From NCBI GenBank assembly GCA_001179505.1, contig CDMY01000257.1, positions 62,001 to 126,000 on the forward strand: a stretch of 64,000 nt of DNA. The letters run 5' to 3'. Source of the DNA: Vitrella brassicaformis CCMP3155 (lineage: Eukaryota > Protista > Chromerida). Of the stretch, positions 35,081 through 48,000 are shown in pieces. Made by a program: the position numbers and the translations under genes. How positions within the stretch are numbered: the first letter of the stretch is position 1; every line of letters starts with the position of its first letter. The notes beneath the pieces were generated by a model. That model saw only the letters and a program-made list of their open reading frames with translations. It was not told where the DNA came from and ran no database searches.

Positions 35081-35776
35081 ATGCGTTCGTTTCTCGCGTT
35101 CATCGCTGGCTACATTTTACATCTGCTGTTTCCTCTGGCATCCACTCCGTTTCTTTCCGCACTTTGACACATGCATGTGTCTCCACTTCGAATGCAAGTA
35201 CAGTGCACACGCGCACACACACACACAACGCACATGCATTGCGTCCGTGCACAGAGAGCGGTCGTGTGTTGGTTGTCTTCTCTATGGAAGACATCCCTCC
35301 AAAGGCCTGCCTACTTACTGTCTGTGGTGTCTACTTACTTTGCTGTGTGTGTCTCTGCCATCGTCAGATAAATTGGGCTGGCACTGTGTGGTGCGTGTGT
35401 GTGTGTGTGTTGGGGGCGTGCGAGGGGGGGTACTGTGTGCAGCTCGTCTTCGTGTGTCGATGCAATCGATGTATGCTGGATTAACATGTCCGTCGGTCGG
35501 CGGCGTGAGACACACATGAATAGACATAACCGAGTGATTTTTGAAGGTGTGTTTGGGCATCACGCGATCGACAACCCCGCGTCATCAAGTGATGCATCGA
35601 AACGAGCTGTGCTTCGACCATCGCTTGCTCAGCGAGGTCCCCGGCAACACAATGCCCATCACACACAAGACACAGGCACCAATCAGCCGATCATCCATCC
35701 ATCCATCCACAACGCGGGCGTCCGCGCGCACAGAGTGGTCCGCTCTTCGCCCCGCCAGCTTCCGTGGCTCAGCCGA

Positions 35777-38700
35777 TCAGCCTTTCTTCTGTCTCTTCTT
35801 CCGCTGCTCGTACTCAGCATTGAAGCTCGCCGACGCCTGGGCCAGCAAGTCGGTGCTCTTGATGCGCTTCTGAGAAGACACACACACCGACCGACCGACC
35901 CACATGCACACAGCGACGGGCGGGTTTGTCTCGTTTGTGTGGCGTGACGCCCACCTGCGCCCTCCTCTTCTCCCTCTCGGCCTCGCTGCCTGTCAGCCCG
36001 ATGGCACGTTTGGACAGTCGGTCCTCCTTGGCTTGCCTAGGGAGGGGAGAAAGGCAACACAGACAGACACAGACACCGACACACAGAGACGTACACAGAC
36101 ACAGGCGCATGGCTGTGTGCAGTGTGCCCACTTGTTCTTGTCGGTGAGCTTCTGCTGCCTGTCGATTGCCTCGTGCAGCGTCATCCGACCCTCACCCTAT
36201 ACGAACCAACACGGCGCACACACGACGCATGGCGATATCGGTGCCAAGTGAGAGAGAGACCCTGTGCACCCATACCAGTTTGCCCTTGACTGCCTGTTTT
36301 CGCCTCCGCTTCTTTGCACCCCGCAGCGCCTTCCGCTCCTCCCGACTCATCTCGTGCGATGCCTGAACACACACACACACACACCGTAGACCATGAACGA
36401 AAGCATCTGACGCTCAATGCGTGTATGCATGACTACGCACCTTTTCTGGTTCGGGTGCCTTGACCTCCTCGGGGGCCTTTCGCTGAGCATCAGACATTGT
36501 CACGGGCCTGCACACACACACACACACACCCTCAATCGCATGAATCTATGGATCAGACAGGCTTTGTTCTTCCTTGTTGTGTGTGCACACGTACACTGTG
36601 TCTTCGACAGTGATGGCGGCGATGTCCCTGTTGTGGCCGTCGCCGTGCTTGGGGGGCCGGGGAACGAAGTGCTGGTTGGTCAGGGAGTCCAGCTGGTGCA
36701 CAAGCTTGGCGAACAGACGGGCCAACTCCTGATACACCCATGCATCGCGACACACTCATGTGTGGTACCATGAGGAATGAGCGGCCCCTTACCTGTTTTG
36801 ACTTGTCTTCTTCCGTTTCCGCCTTGTGTCCTGCAAAAAGACACCGACAAGGCGTCCCATCGAACGTGTGCAGCGAGTCATCGTGTACATGTGTGGCTTT
36901 GCATCCCACCGAGCAGCTCAGCTTCGTACTGGCGCGAGTAGATCTCACCAAGACCCACCTGACAGACACGAGAAGGCAGTCGTGCAGCGCATATGACTTT
37001 CCCCCATTCTCCCTAATTGGCTCACTCTGCTCTTTTGGAAGTCGAGGGTCTCCTCGGCGTTCTCCTCTGGTGCACGAGCTGCTGGTGGGGCCTCCACCCT
37101 GACGGACGCACGCGCAGTGTGGAGAGGGAGATAGATGGATGACGCGCTGCCCTGTGTGCGGAATTCTGTGTTTTGTACTTTCTGACGACGTCGTCGAAGG
37201 CGAGGTCCTGGATGCGCTGACGGATGATCTTCTCTATGATCCCCGATATGCTGAGGAAACGAATAACAACACAACCCCGTCACCATGATTCAAGGACGGC
37301 CAGCTTAGCCAGCTTTGTTCGGTGTCTTACTCTGTCTTTTGCAGCGCCTCCTGGGCCACATCGAGGTTCTCCTGCACACACACACACACACAGGCACAGG
37401 GCCGGTATGTACGCGCATCGAATGACTTCGTGTGCGGTGCCGTGCGATGTGGTGCTTCCTGACTCCGAGTGTGTCAGGCATGGCGGCCATCTCGGCGCTC
37501 TGGGGCGCCGCATACTGAGGCAGCTCCAGATTGATGTCAAGCAGACTGACACACACACACACACACACAGAGAACCATAACAAATGAGAGGATTGGGTCT
37601 CTGTCTGTCTGTCTGTCCGTCCGTCCTTGGCCGCGTACCTGTCCCTCGGTCTCTGTTTAGCCTGCACCTCGCCCGTCATTGTCCAGTGCTTCGGCGCCAG
37701 CGCGTCATCCTCCAACTCATCTACAGACAGCAACATGTCGGTGGGTGGGGTTTGGAGCTTCTCTGTTTGTCTTTGCCGTCTGTTTGTTCGTACCCACCCA
37801 CCTACCAATCATGGCTTGGAGTTTCTTGTACCGCTCGTCCAGCTCCAGCAGGCTGCCCTTCTTGGCGCCTGGCTTGGGCTCGACTGTCTGTGCTGCCTCA
37901 GCGCCCCCCTCTTGCTCCTCCTCGGGTATGGTGTCGTCATCATCCTCCTCGTCGTCGACGCCAGCCTCCGCCTCGTCTCTCGTCGCTTGGGCAGATGAGT
38001 CCTCATCTGCCTCGGCCTCTTGGGCATCATCGTCGCCGTCGTCAGCCGCTAGGTCGTCTTGTGGTTGCTCGTCACTGTCGTCGCCCTGCCCGCTCTCATC
38101 GTCATCTTCCTCCTCACCCTCACCCTCGTCGCTTTGCTGTTGGTCGGTCTCGCTTTGGTCTTGTTCAGCATCGTTGAGGAGTTCTTGCTGCATCTTGGCG
38201 ATGAGGTCGACCTCTTCACCCTCCTCCAGCTCCATCTCATCGTCGTCATCATCGTCGTCCTCCATCGACAAGACTGACACGCAAACAGACACACGGATGG
38301 ACAGACCATTGACATACCGTGTTTCCTGCTCACTCACCGTTTGTCTTCTGCGCCATCTTGTCTGCCTTGTCGGACTTCTCGAAGTAGTCACGGTACTTGG
38401 TCGACTCATTCTCGGCCTCGCCGCCGTCCTGAGGTCACAGACAGGGAGAAGATCATAGGCTCGCTGCAGCGGTGTCTGTCTGTCTGTCTGTCTCACACAG
38501 ACCTGTGTCGGGGCGTACAGGAGGTCTTGCAGCTCTTCGTCCACATCAGCATCACCTGCCTCGTCGTCATCCAGCGCACCTCCCTGACGGACGACACACA
38601 AAGAAGTCAGAACAGACAGTGGTGTCGGGTGTTGCTGGCCAGGTGCGTCTGTCGTTGCTTTCTCACCTGTTCTTCTCTCTTTTTGCGCGCCGCTTCGGCC

Positions 38701-39732
38701 CTCTCAGCCTGCTGCACAAACTCCTCCATCTGAGAAAAGAACACACAGCCATCGACAAGAAGTGATGCATAACACGCCGCTATGCGCTTTTTGTGCCCAA
38801 TGCACTCCTTCACCTCAGCAAGTTTGAAGAGGTGGTCATCCACGACGCTCCCCTTGCCGTGCTTGGCCGACCCCCTCCCACGTCCCGATGCCGCCCTGCT
38901 GTCACCTGACGACAGCATGCGCTCCAGCCTCTCGTCCTCTTCGTCTTCCTCCTCGGCATCGTCTGGGTTGATGTCATCCTGCTGTTCGTCGTGTGTCTGC
39001 CGCCGCCTTTGTCTCTTGCTGACAAGTTGCCCCTCCCTTGTGTGATTGTCTCCTCGACTGCTGTGTGGCCCCCGAGCCCTTTCGCGGGCTTCCACACTCA
39101 GCAGCGATAGTGGCACCCCATCGCTGGCATCGTCGGCTCCCTTGTCGATCGCACCGTTGGTCGCTGTGGCCCTCTTGTGGTGCAGCAGCTTGGCCACCCT
39201 CTTGGTCAGCTGCTGCAGCGCGCCTTGATGCTGCAGACATACGACACGGAACAAAAAGATGGATCGAGGATCGATGGAAGGCTATGCAAGTGGTGCTAAT
39301 CTGCGCGGCCCACCTTTGAGTCGATTTGCTCCCACACCTGTTCCGGCTCAAAGCCATCAATGTGCAGCTCGGTGCCCTTGTGCGCGCCGCCAGGTTGATC
39401 TGACCAAGGCGCATGGACATTCACTGAAGCAAGCAACACAAGCAGCACAAGAATCACAAGCATCACAGCCCTGCGACAGGCATGGCAAGACGATGGATCT
39501 CACTGACCCTGTCGGTTGAAGAATCTGGCACACTTGAGGGCCTCTCCTGTGAGATGGGCGTCGGCGGACACCACCTTCTCGGGGTGCTTCAGCACCTGAC
39601 ATAACCATATCCCATCCAACGATGGATGAATCAAAGCATGTCCACTCATTGTGTCTGATCTCAGTGGGCCATTCCCACCTTGTCCACGAGCTCTCCCAGA
39701 TCAGGGCACTCACTGGACGCACCAAAACTCAT
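35777..39732 (-). CDS. MPP10: U3 snoRNP / SSU processome protein Mpp10 (multi-exon)
   Basis: Spliced motifs: ELHIDGFEPEQVWEQID; DDHLFKLAE|MEEFVQQAE; long acidic tract; ELEDDALAPKHWTMTGEVQAKQRP; SLLDINLE; IIRQRIQDLAFDDVVRK; LVHQLDSLTNQHFVPRPP; EMSREERKALRGAKKRRRK. Start MSFGASSECPDL at 39732. Confidence 0.9.
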
Positions 39733-39934
39733 CTTCGCGTTTCAGAAGCGAGAAGCTCCAGACAAGTCACACAACGCCACAGATCACTGTCTGGCTGACC
39801 ACAGATCCCATTGCCTTCATCCCACCAGGAGCGTGATTTGCTAGCTCGCATCAGTGGTCCACTTTTCGCCTGAGCTTCCTTCACCGACGAGCATACCTGA
39901 CTCCCTACTACCCGAAGGAGCCAGCTCAAGAGAT

Positions 39935-42090
39935 ATGGCCCTTTCTCAGCTCTCAGAGAAGTCTCCGCTGTCGGGTGGCTCCCTCAGCAAGGGAGACTCC
40001 CGAGGCGACATCCCCGACCTGGTTGAGGCTGCGGAGACCACGGAGGCCTTCGTCCCCTGCCTGGCCAAGGTGTTGGACCACCTCATTCAGATGTCCCAGG
40101 AGAACATCGGACAGGTGGGTGGGTGGCCACGGGAGGCAGGCCGAGACAGCATGTGGGAGGGGGGGCGGAGGAAGGGGATGGACGTGGCCGTGTGTGTGGC
40201 GGGTGGTGCAGGTGACTCGGTTCCATGCGGTGCGGCCTCCTGCGATTTCGACGCATGACTATCTGGCGAGGTGGGTGTACACGACGGCAGGCAGCCGCCT
40301 GGTGGCACGCGTCTCGCGTGCTGCGGGTGGTCCACGGCCTTCCTCTGTGTGTGTGGTGTATTTGGTTCAGGATTGCCAAGTACTTCAACTGCAGCCCTGA
40401 GTGTTTCGTGTTATCGCTCGTGTACATCGACCGGATTGTCAAACTGCACACCGACTTCACCGTCAACAAACTCAACATACACAGGTCGGGGGGCGCACTC
40501 ACACACAGAGGACACCCCTTCCCCTCCCCTCTTCCTGTCTGTCTCATGTGTGCGCCATCCATCCCCTGCTGCTGCCTTGGTTGCGTGTGATGTGATAGGT
40601 TGTTGCTGACGAGTGTGTTGATGGCGGTCAAGTATTTCGACGACCACTACTACAGCAACGCCTACTACGCCCGAGTTGGGGGCGTCAAGACCGAGGAGAT
40701 GAACCACCTCGAGTCGCACTTCCTCATGCTAGTCAAGTTCCAGCTGTACGTCACGCCACACGAATACGACCAGTACCGCAAAAACGTCCTCGCAGCCGTA
40801 CACGGAATGGTAACCACCACCAGCACCACACCAACAACCATACCCACCCCTCTCACTTGTCGGTCTCTCCTTCAGGAGCCGTCTAGCGTTAGTTCGCCGA
40901 CGGCCGTGTCGGCGTCTCCGTCGAGCCTGCTGACGACGCCCAGCGATGAGTCGGTGGCCAACCCGCCCATGCACCCCATGGCCGCCACCCTGCCCATCGT
41001 CAGCACCGCCGCGCCGTTCCCGCCAACCATGCCTTCCTTCTCCGACTCGGACAGCGACAGCACCCCGCTTCACGGCAATGGTGGCAGTGGCCGTAGCGGC
41101 AGTGGTGTCGACAGACGGAGCAGCAAGGACCTGGCGGGCACCTTTGGGATCGCCCTGCTGCAGCACCAGCAGCGCGTTGAGTGCGGGAGTGTGAGTGTAG
41201 GGGGGCTGCCGACCGTGTCCAGCACCCATTGCTACGCGCCATCGCAGTGTGAGAGTTCCAGCCTGTCGCTGCACTCGTCGAGCAGCTACAGCATGTCGCT
41301 GCACACCCTCGCCATCGAGAGGGGACTCAGCGACGTGGCCACCATCCACTCCACGGGCTCGCCCCAGTCCACCGCATGCCCCCCACACATGTGGTCGGCC
41401 AACCCGGTGCTCTCAGCTTCGTCGCCCGCCGTCGCCCAGTCGTTCAACAACTGGTCGGCGCCGGCCCCCCCGCCCCCGCCGCACCATGGTTGCCCTTCCC
41501 TGCCCCTGTACGCAGCATCGGCTAGCAGCGATCGTTGTGTGTCGGTGAGTCCGATAGCGCCCCCACCTCCCCCGCCCCCGCCCCCGTCAGAGGGCAGCCG
41601 CAGCACGCGTGACGGTAGCGGCGACAGCCTGGCCGACTGGTACGACTGCGGTGCCGCCCTCAAGGGGCCGGAGCGAGTGCGGTCGGGTGGGTGTGCTGGT
41701 GCTGGTGCTGGTGTGGGTGGGGGCCTGCTGCCCACGCCGCCCCTCAGTTTTCGCAAGTGTGAGAGGGGCAGCAGTGTCGGCGGAGGATTCGCCCACTCCC
41801 ACTCGTCCCAGGCCATGCAGCAGCAGCAGCAGCAGCAGCAGCCCCCACCGCCGCCCTTCCCGCCACCCGCACACAGCGGCCACCATCAGCGGAGCTTCAG
41901 CAGCTTCCGGGGCGGCGTGCAGGGTTGCGGGTTCGTGCCGCCCCCTCCGCCCCCGTACGACAAGGACCATGCGAGTGGCGGTGGTGTGGGGCACATGTCG
42001 ATGATGATGATGCAGATGCACCACAAGGTGCCGATCGCCAAGGCGCATGCTGACTACCACCCCAAGATCCAGGTCGTCAGCAACTACTGA
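39935..42090 (+). CDS. PHO80/P(U)-type cyclin with a long S/P/Q-rich low-complexity C-terminal tail
   Basis: Cyclin box across exons: FHAVRPPAISTHDYLAR|IAKYFNCSPECFVLSLVYIDR...NIHR|LLLTSVLMAVKYFDDHYYSNAYYARVGGVKTEEMNHLE. Confidence 0.92.
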
Positions 42091-42099
42091 CTGAATCGA

Positions 42100-45000
42100 C
42101 CGCCGGGATGGAGCGAGGGTCGGCGGGTGTTGGTGTGCGTGGGGATAGTACAGCGAGTGAGTGAGTGTGGCGTGACGGCTCGCTCTGTTGGTTGATGGAG
42201 GAAGCAAGGAAGAGGGCGATGCCCATGGTGGGGTGGATGGATCGTTGGATGGGTGGCTGTATCATACTGATGGAATGAATGAGTGGATGAGTCGCGGGTG
42301 GGGTGGCGTGCAGACGCAGAAAGAATGGTGGTCAGTCGGGTGTCTCTCTCTGTCTGTCTGTCTGGTTAGTGTGGTTGTGAGAGCGAGCCAGGGATGCATT
42401 GCATTCCATCCGTCGTGCTTGGATGGCATGGCGTGCATGAGTGTCTCGGCCGGCCGGGTGACGCGCCCCTGTCTCTCGCTGATATTGTGCAGTCAGCGAG
42501 AGACAGGGTAAGGCGGCCTTGAGACGCCTGTTGACCGACTGACTGACTAATGCTCGCTGGACAGGCAGGCGCGCAGGCAGGCAGGCAGGTGAGCTCTTGT
42601 CTCCCTCTCCCTCTCTCTCCCCTGTCGTCTCGTCTCCTTGTGTAGAATAAGGCTAGATTTGCCTGCCCCCTGCCTGCTCACCTGCCTGCCTGTTTGCCTG
42701 TTTGCCTGTTTGCGTGCGTGTGTGGCGTTGTGTGTCTTTTCCCTTTTTGACCGGCTGACCACCGTTGTATGCCGATTTCATTCATCATGGATTGAATGGA
42801 TGGATTGACGGATGCACGCCTGATGCATAGATACATAAGTACATACGTACATGTCTGTCTGTCTACACATGTATAAGTTACGTACGTGTATTGTATACCT
42901 ATGTATCTCTCTATATTCAGCTTCCTGTCTGTCTGTCTGTCTGTATGCCAACCAACAGGAAACAGGATTATCTCACTTTTCCCCGTCTGCCTACGTATCT
43001 GTCTGGCCCATTCTTGTCTGTCAGTCTTGTCGGCCTGCCACACACGCCATACCATGTCATGTCATGCCATCTTTCAATCAATGCTATGGATGCGATGCTA
43101 CTCGTACGTACCTGCTACTTGCTGATGTCGTGCTGCGTGGATGGATGCGTGCATCTGGATGAATGAGTGAGTGCGGTCGTGCTTTTGATGGGCCGGATGG
43201 TGCCATGCGATGCCATGGGCATGGGAGTGAGACAGGGCGCACGCACGTACGAGCTGATGAGCAATGGGGGGCTGTCCGTCGTCTGCGCGTTATAAGTGAA
43301 TGGTGAATGGCTACCCTACTGATCTGTCTTGCTGGCGAAGAAAGAGGGGAGGGAGGGGGAGAGACAGACTGCGTGGCGGCTGGGTGGTGTCGTTCTGCGT
43401 ACCGTGTACCTATCGTGTATCTATAACGTCTCTTGTCGTGTGCACGTACCTGTGTACATGTGTGGCGTGTTGTGTTGTGTTGTGTGTCTTGTCGATTCAT
43501 CGTTCGTTTTGTCGTTTTGTGCACCCAGCCACTCCACAAAATGGAGCGGAGCCACTCTGTGCACCTTATCCACACACACACACACGCGCGTATACACACA
43601 TCATCACACACACATTCCTGTGTGCATACCTGCATGGGTCTTTGAAGATACCAGAAGGAGAGAGGGGGAGGGGAGAGAGGGGTTGCTGTGTCGGTGTACC
43701 TGTCTGTGTGTGTTCTCTACGTGTCAGTACGTCGCTGCTTTTCCTTGCCTCCGTGCCGCCATCCATCCATCCATTCGGTGGGCAGATTCTCACGAGGGGG
43801 GCGGGTGTGGGCGTGTGTGAGGGAGAAGCTGCAGCTGCGGATATGAATAAGGCTCGTCTGTCGCGTCTTTCTCTTCTCTCACACCACAGCCACGCCCGTC
43901 TACCGATCTCACTTTTTTGCCCCAGCCACCAGCCACAGCTCTGCCAATTTTCGTATTTCTCGTACTGCTGATGAGTGACGCTTACGTCCCTCAGAGGTTA
44001 GGGAGGTAGGTACTACCTGTTCCTTCCTGTCCGCCTCTCTGTCTGTCTCTCAGTACAAATGTATCTGTGCCTGCTCATCACATCACATGGCATCGGTGCT
44101 GTGCCCTTGCCTGCCTCTCGTCCCCTTCTCCTTCCTCTCTGTCTCTTCTTTTCTCTCAATGTACCATCACTCACTCGTCGATTGACGGCAGGGCGTTTGT
44201 ACACTACACTACACTACTCACAAGCTCACCCGTCCCCTCCTCTCCCTCCCCTCCCGCCCTTTTGGCTGAATGGTTGGCGGCCTGACTGGCTATCCGTCCG
44301 TCCGTCCGATCAAAGATCGGAAGCACTATTGGCCCTCATCTGATGGGGCCTCCCACACGCACAGCAGACAGACATGCCACGCCATGCCACGCCATGCCAG
44401 TCGCCGGCCATTCATTCTATCATGATCCATGATGATGCTTCCTTTGTTGTTTTCATTTTCGTGCGTGTGGCAGGGAGGGAGGGAGGCGCGGGGAGAGAGC
44501 ACGGCCCCTTTTTTCGCGATAGATAGGCGGGTGGCATGGCATGGCATTCCGGATGGAAGGGGCCATTTTGGATTCGCTGGCGGCTGGTGGCTGCTGAGGA
44601 CGCCCCTCTCCCCCTCGGTACGGATGGATCGATCGAATGAATCAATTAGCGCTCTCTCTCTCTCGTTGACGGCTGATGTGTGCGCATGAGGGTGTATACG
44701 GGTGGGTGGTACCAATAGTCGCTGCGGCCTGTCGTATCGTGGTGTCTTGTGTTGTGTCGAGAGAGAGGACAGACGGACAGACAGACAGACAGATGGCTGG
44801 ACGGATGGATGGATGGACAGAGACAGACGAGCCCCCGGACCAGCCCCCGGGGGGCTGGAGAAATGAAGGAAAGATTGATCGATCTGTTGTCGTCCATGTG
44901 TCTGATTGATGGATGGATGGCTTTTGCGTTGCGTTGCGTGCCCGTGATGTAGATCGCTTGTATGCCGACAGACAGACAGACCGACAGGGAGAGGGAGAAG

Positions 45001-48000
45001 GGGAGTGGGGCGATGTATGTTGATTTGTGTCCGTCCGTCCGTCCGTCCGTCCGTCGACCGATCGATTGATCGTTGTGCTGTAGTGAGGAGCATGTGTTCA
45101 TTCCTTCATTTGCGCGTCATGTCTCGTCATGGCCACGAACGGGGAGACAGGGAGAGGGAGAGGGAGCAAGGAAGGTAGCCGTCCTTCCAGCGCCAACACG
45201 CCCCTCACTCCCTCTCTCTCTTTCTCGCCCTATCTGCCTGCCTCTTCTTAACGGCTGGCCATCAATGACAGTGACTGACTTGACAGAAGAGTGTTTCTCC
45301 CATTTTTGCGCACCCTCCCTCCTGCAGATGGATGGATGGATGATTGCGTGTGCTGCCTGCCCTGCCCCGCCCTGCCCCGCCCCGCCCCTTTCCGGGGCGA
45401 TCCCTTTTTCGACAGACAGGACGGACAGACAGGCACGGCGCAGAGACGCGCATGCCAATGACAGAAGGATAGACAGATGCACGAGGGGGCTGGGGGCTGG
45501 CCGGCCGTCATAATTTTCACGACAACGGGAGGCTGGTGTGTTGATGCGTGTATGAGCGGCAAAGAAAGACATTGTTGGTGCACCTGTCTGTCTGAGACAT
45601 TTGTCTGTGCCATCATCAATCACTCGTGTGAAGGCACGTACATACGTACACACACCTGGCTGCTGGCTGTGTTGCCGTGTTTGCACCGGCGGCCGGCAGC
45701 TGGCTGACGATGGGTAGTAACCTGCAGAACAGATGGAGAATCATGCGTGGCTACTGGTATGTATATCACTTTCTGATGATGTGCTCACTACTCCTGGACT
45801 GACGGACTCACTGACTCACTCACTCACTGACTGACTTGAGTGGTGTGCAGAGATGCATTCATGCTGCTGCCTGACTGCCTGCTTGCCTGCTGCGTGTGTT
45901 GTGTTGTGTTGTGTGTGGTTTTGCCATGACTGACTGACTGACTGCGTTCCTTCCCGAGTGAGAGTGAGCGAGTGACTAATGCTGCTATTTGTGAGAGCAG
46001 AGCACGGAACTCCTGATTGACTGACTGATGATCAAGGCCAGACAGACGGACAGACAGACGGACAGCGAGGAGGGGAGAAGGAGAGAGGGGGAGGGGAATG
46101 GTTTTGTCGTCTGTCGTCTGCGAACGAATGAATGGATGGATGGATGTCGGGGTGTCGGTCGATCGTGGGCGAGTGGGAGGGTGTCTGTATAGGAAGGTCG
46201 TGTGTGTCGATTTGTAAACTACTCATATGCGTACGTATGTGTAAACGGCGGGCGGCAATCCTGGAGGCGTCTCCTTTTTGTATACAACCCATCACACACA
46301 CACCCACACTGACGCACGCACGCACGATAATTAATTTTGCGGGCGGCCTTGCTTGCTTCTTTCTTTCTTTGACTTGACGTGTGTGTCGTGTCGCCTGTGT
46401 GGCGCTGTAGCCTCCCTCCTGCATGTCGTAAGTGTTGGTTTCTCTTTTTCCCTCGTCGTTTTGTTTGTTTTTGTCAGTCCGTCAGTTGGTCACACACACA
46501 AGCTACTGCTTATGCGTCTCGTGACATCGATCGCACATTGGGCCTGCTCAAGTGTACGGCTGGTTCTTTCTTTCTGTCTGCCGTCCATTCATTCATTCAT
46601 TCTCTTTGCCTACCTTGGTCCGTCAGCCACGCACCCATCCAATGCATTCACATCACAGACCTGCTGCGTGTGCGGTGCGCCGTCTCTTTTGCCCTTGTTC
46701 CCTCCTGCGTGTTGGTGAGTGAGTAAAGGCTGTATACATGTGTGGTGTACACTTAACAACGTATATCTCTATCTTTCCCTCCCTCCCCGTCATGGCGAAT
46801 GGTCGACCACACGGCTGCTGGCGACTTTTGACATTTTTCTCCTCCTCCCAGACACACACATACCATACACGCGCGGATGATCAGGAAGTGAGCGAGCGAG
46901 TAAGCGAGTGGGCTGTATTATACCTACCATACCGACAGATGGATGGATGGATGGATGGATTGACGTGTGGTGTGTCTGCGAGTGGTGAATGCACATCTAC
47001 CTGCCTGCCTGCATGCCTACATGGGTGTGTTGTATCGCTTCGCTGCTCTGCTGCGTTGGTGTTGTTTGTGAAGTGACGACACTCACCCACTACCCACTCA
47101 CCCATGCCGGCCGTGCATTTGCAGACCCAAAGGCCACAGCCCCCACCAAACCACACCACACGACGCCACTCACACATCAATTCATCCCACCTTTCGCCCA
47201 GTAGCACCTAGGTCCTGCACGCCTGACAGAGAGAGAGGGGGGGAGGAAGAGAGGGCACATGCAGGCAGCCGTCCTCGCATCTGCGTGCATGACGGTGCAG
47301 CCAACGAATGGTTCTTGACTGGACGACCTGACGACGACGACGGCGATGGCGATTTTTTGGGCCACCCAGTCGACTAACTATTAGTGCTAGCTCACGATTA
47401 GGTAAGTAGGTGGGCGGCTCAGCGAGAGATCCATTACAGAGAGGGGCGAGGGAGGGGGATATTTGTATTCTGTGTATGTATGTATGTGTCCTTGCTGCTG
47501 TCTGCCTGCCCGGGGTGGTGCCATGCCCACCCATCCACACACGCGGAACAGCTCCGGTCTTCCTTTTTTCCCAATGCAGGGCTGCCGGCGGCCGGCCGAA
47601 GACAGACAGACAAACAAGGCATGCGTGTCGATCGATGGATTGATGTTTACACAATTTTGCGGTTCCGAGCGACCGACCCACCCACCTGCGTGCATATGTG
47701 TGTATGTGTCTGTACAGGCTGCGTGTGATGTGTTTCTGTGACGGCTGGAGGGAAGAACTGTCTTGTGGCTGGCTGTAATTCGCTGACTCCGCTACTCCTC
47801 TCGTCGATCTCACTGACTTGACTGACGATGATTGACCACTGAATGCACTGTCCATACGTCCACACATGCACCTCGACGTCACTCGTCCCCTGTTTGGAAA
47901 AAAATAAGATAGCGCAGTGCAGTGCAGTGCCTATTCTGCCTAGCCTGTCTGTCAGTCGGTCTATCTGTCTGTCTATCTGCCCGTCCTCCCTTCTAGTCTG

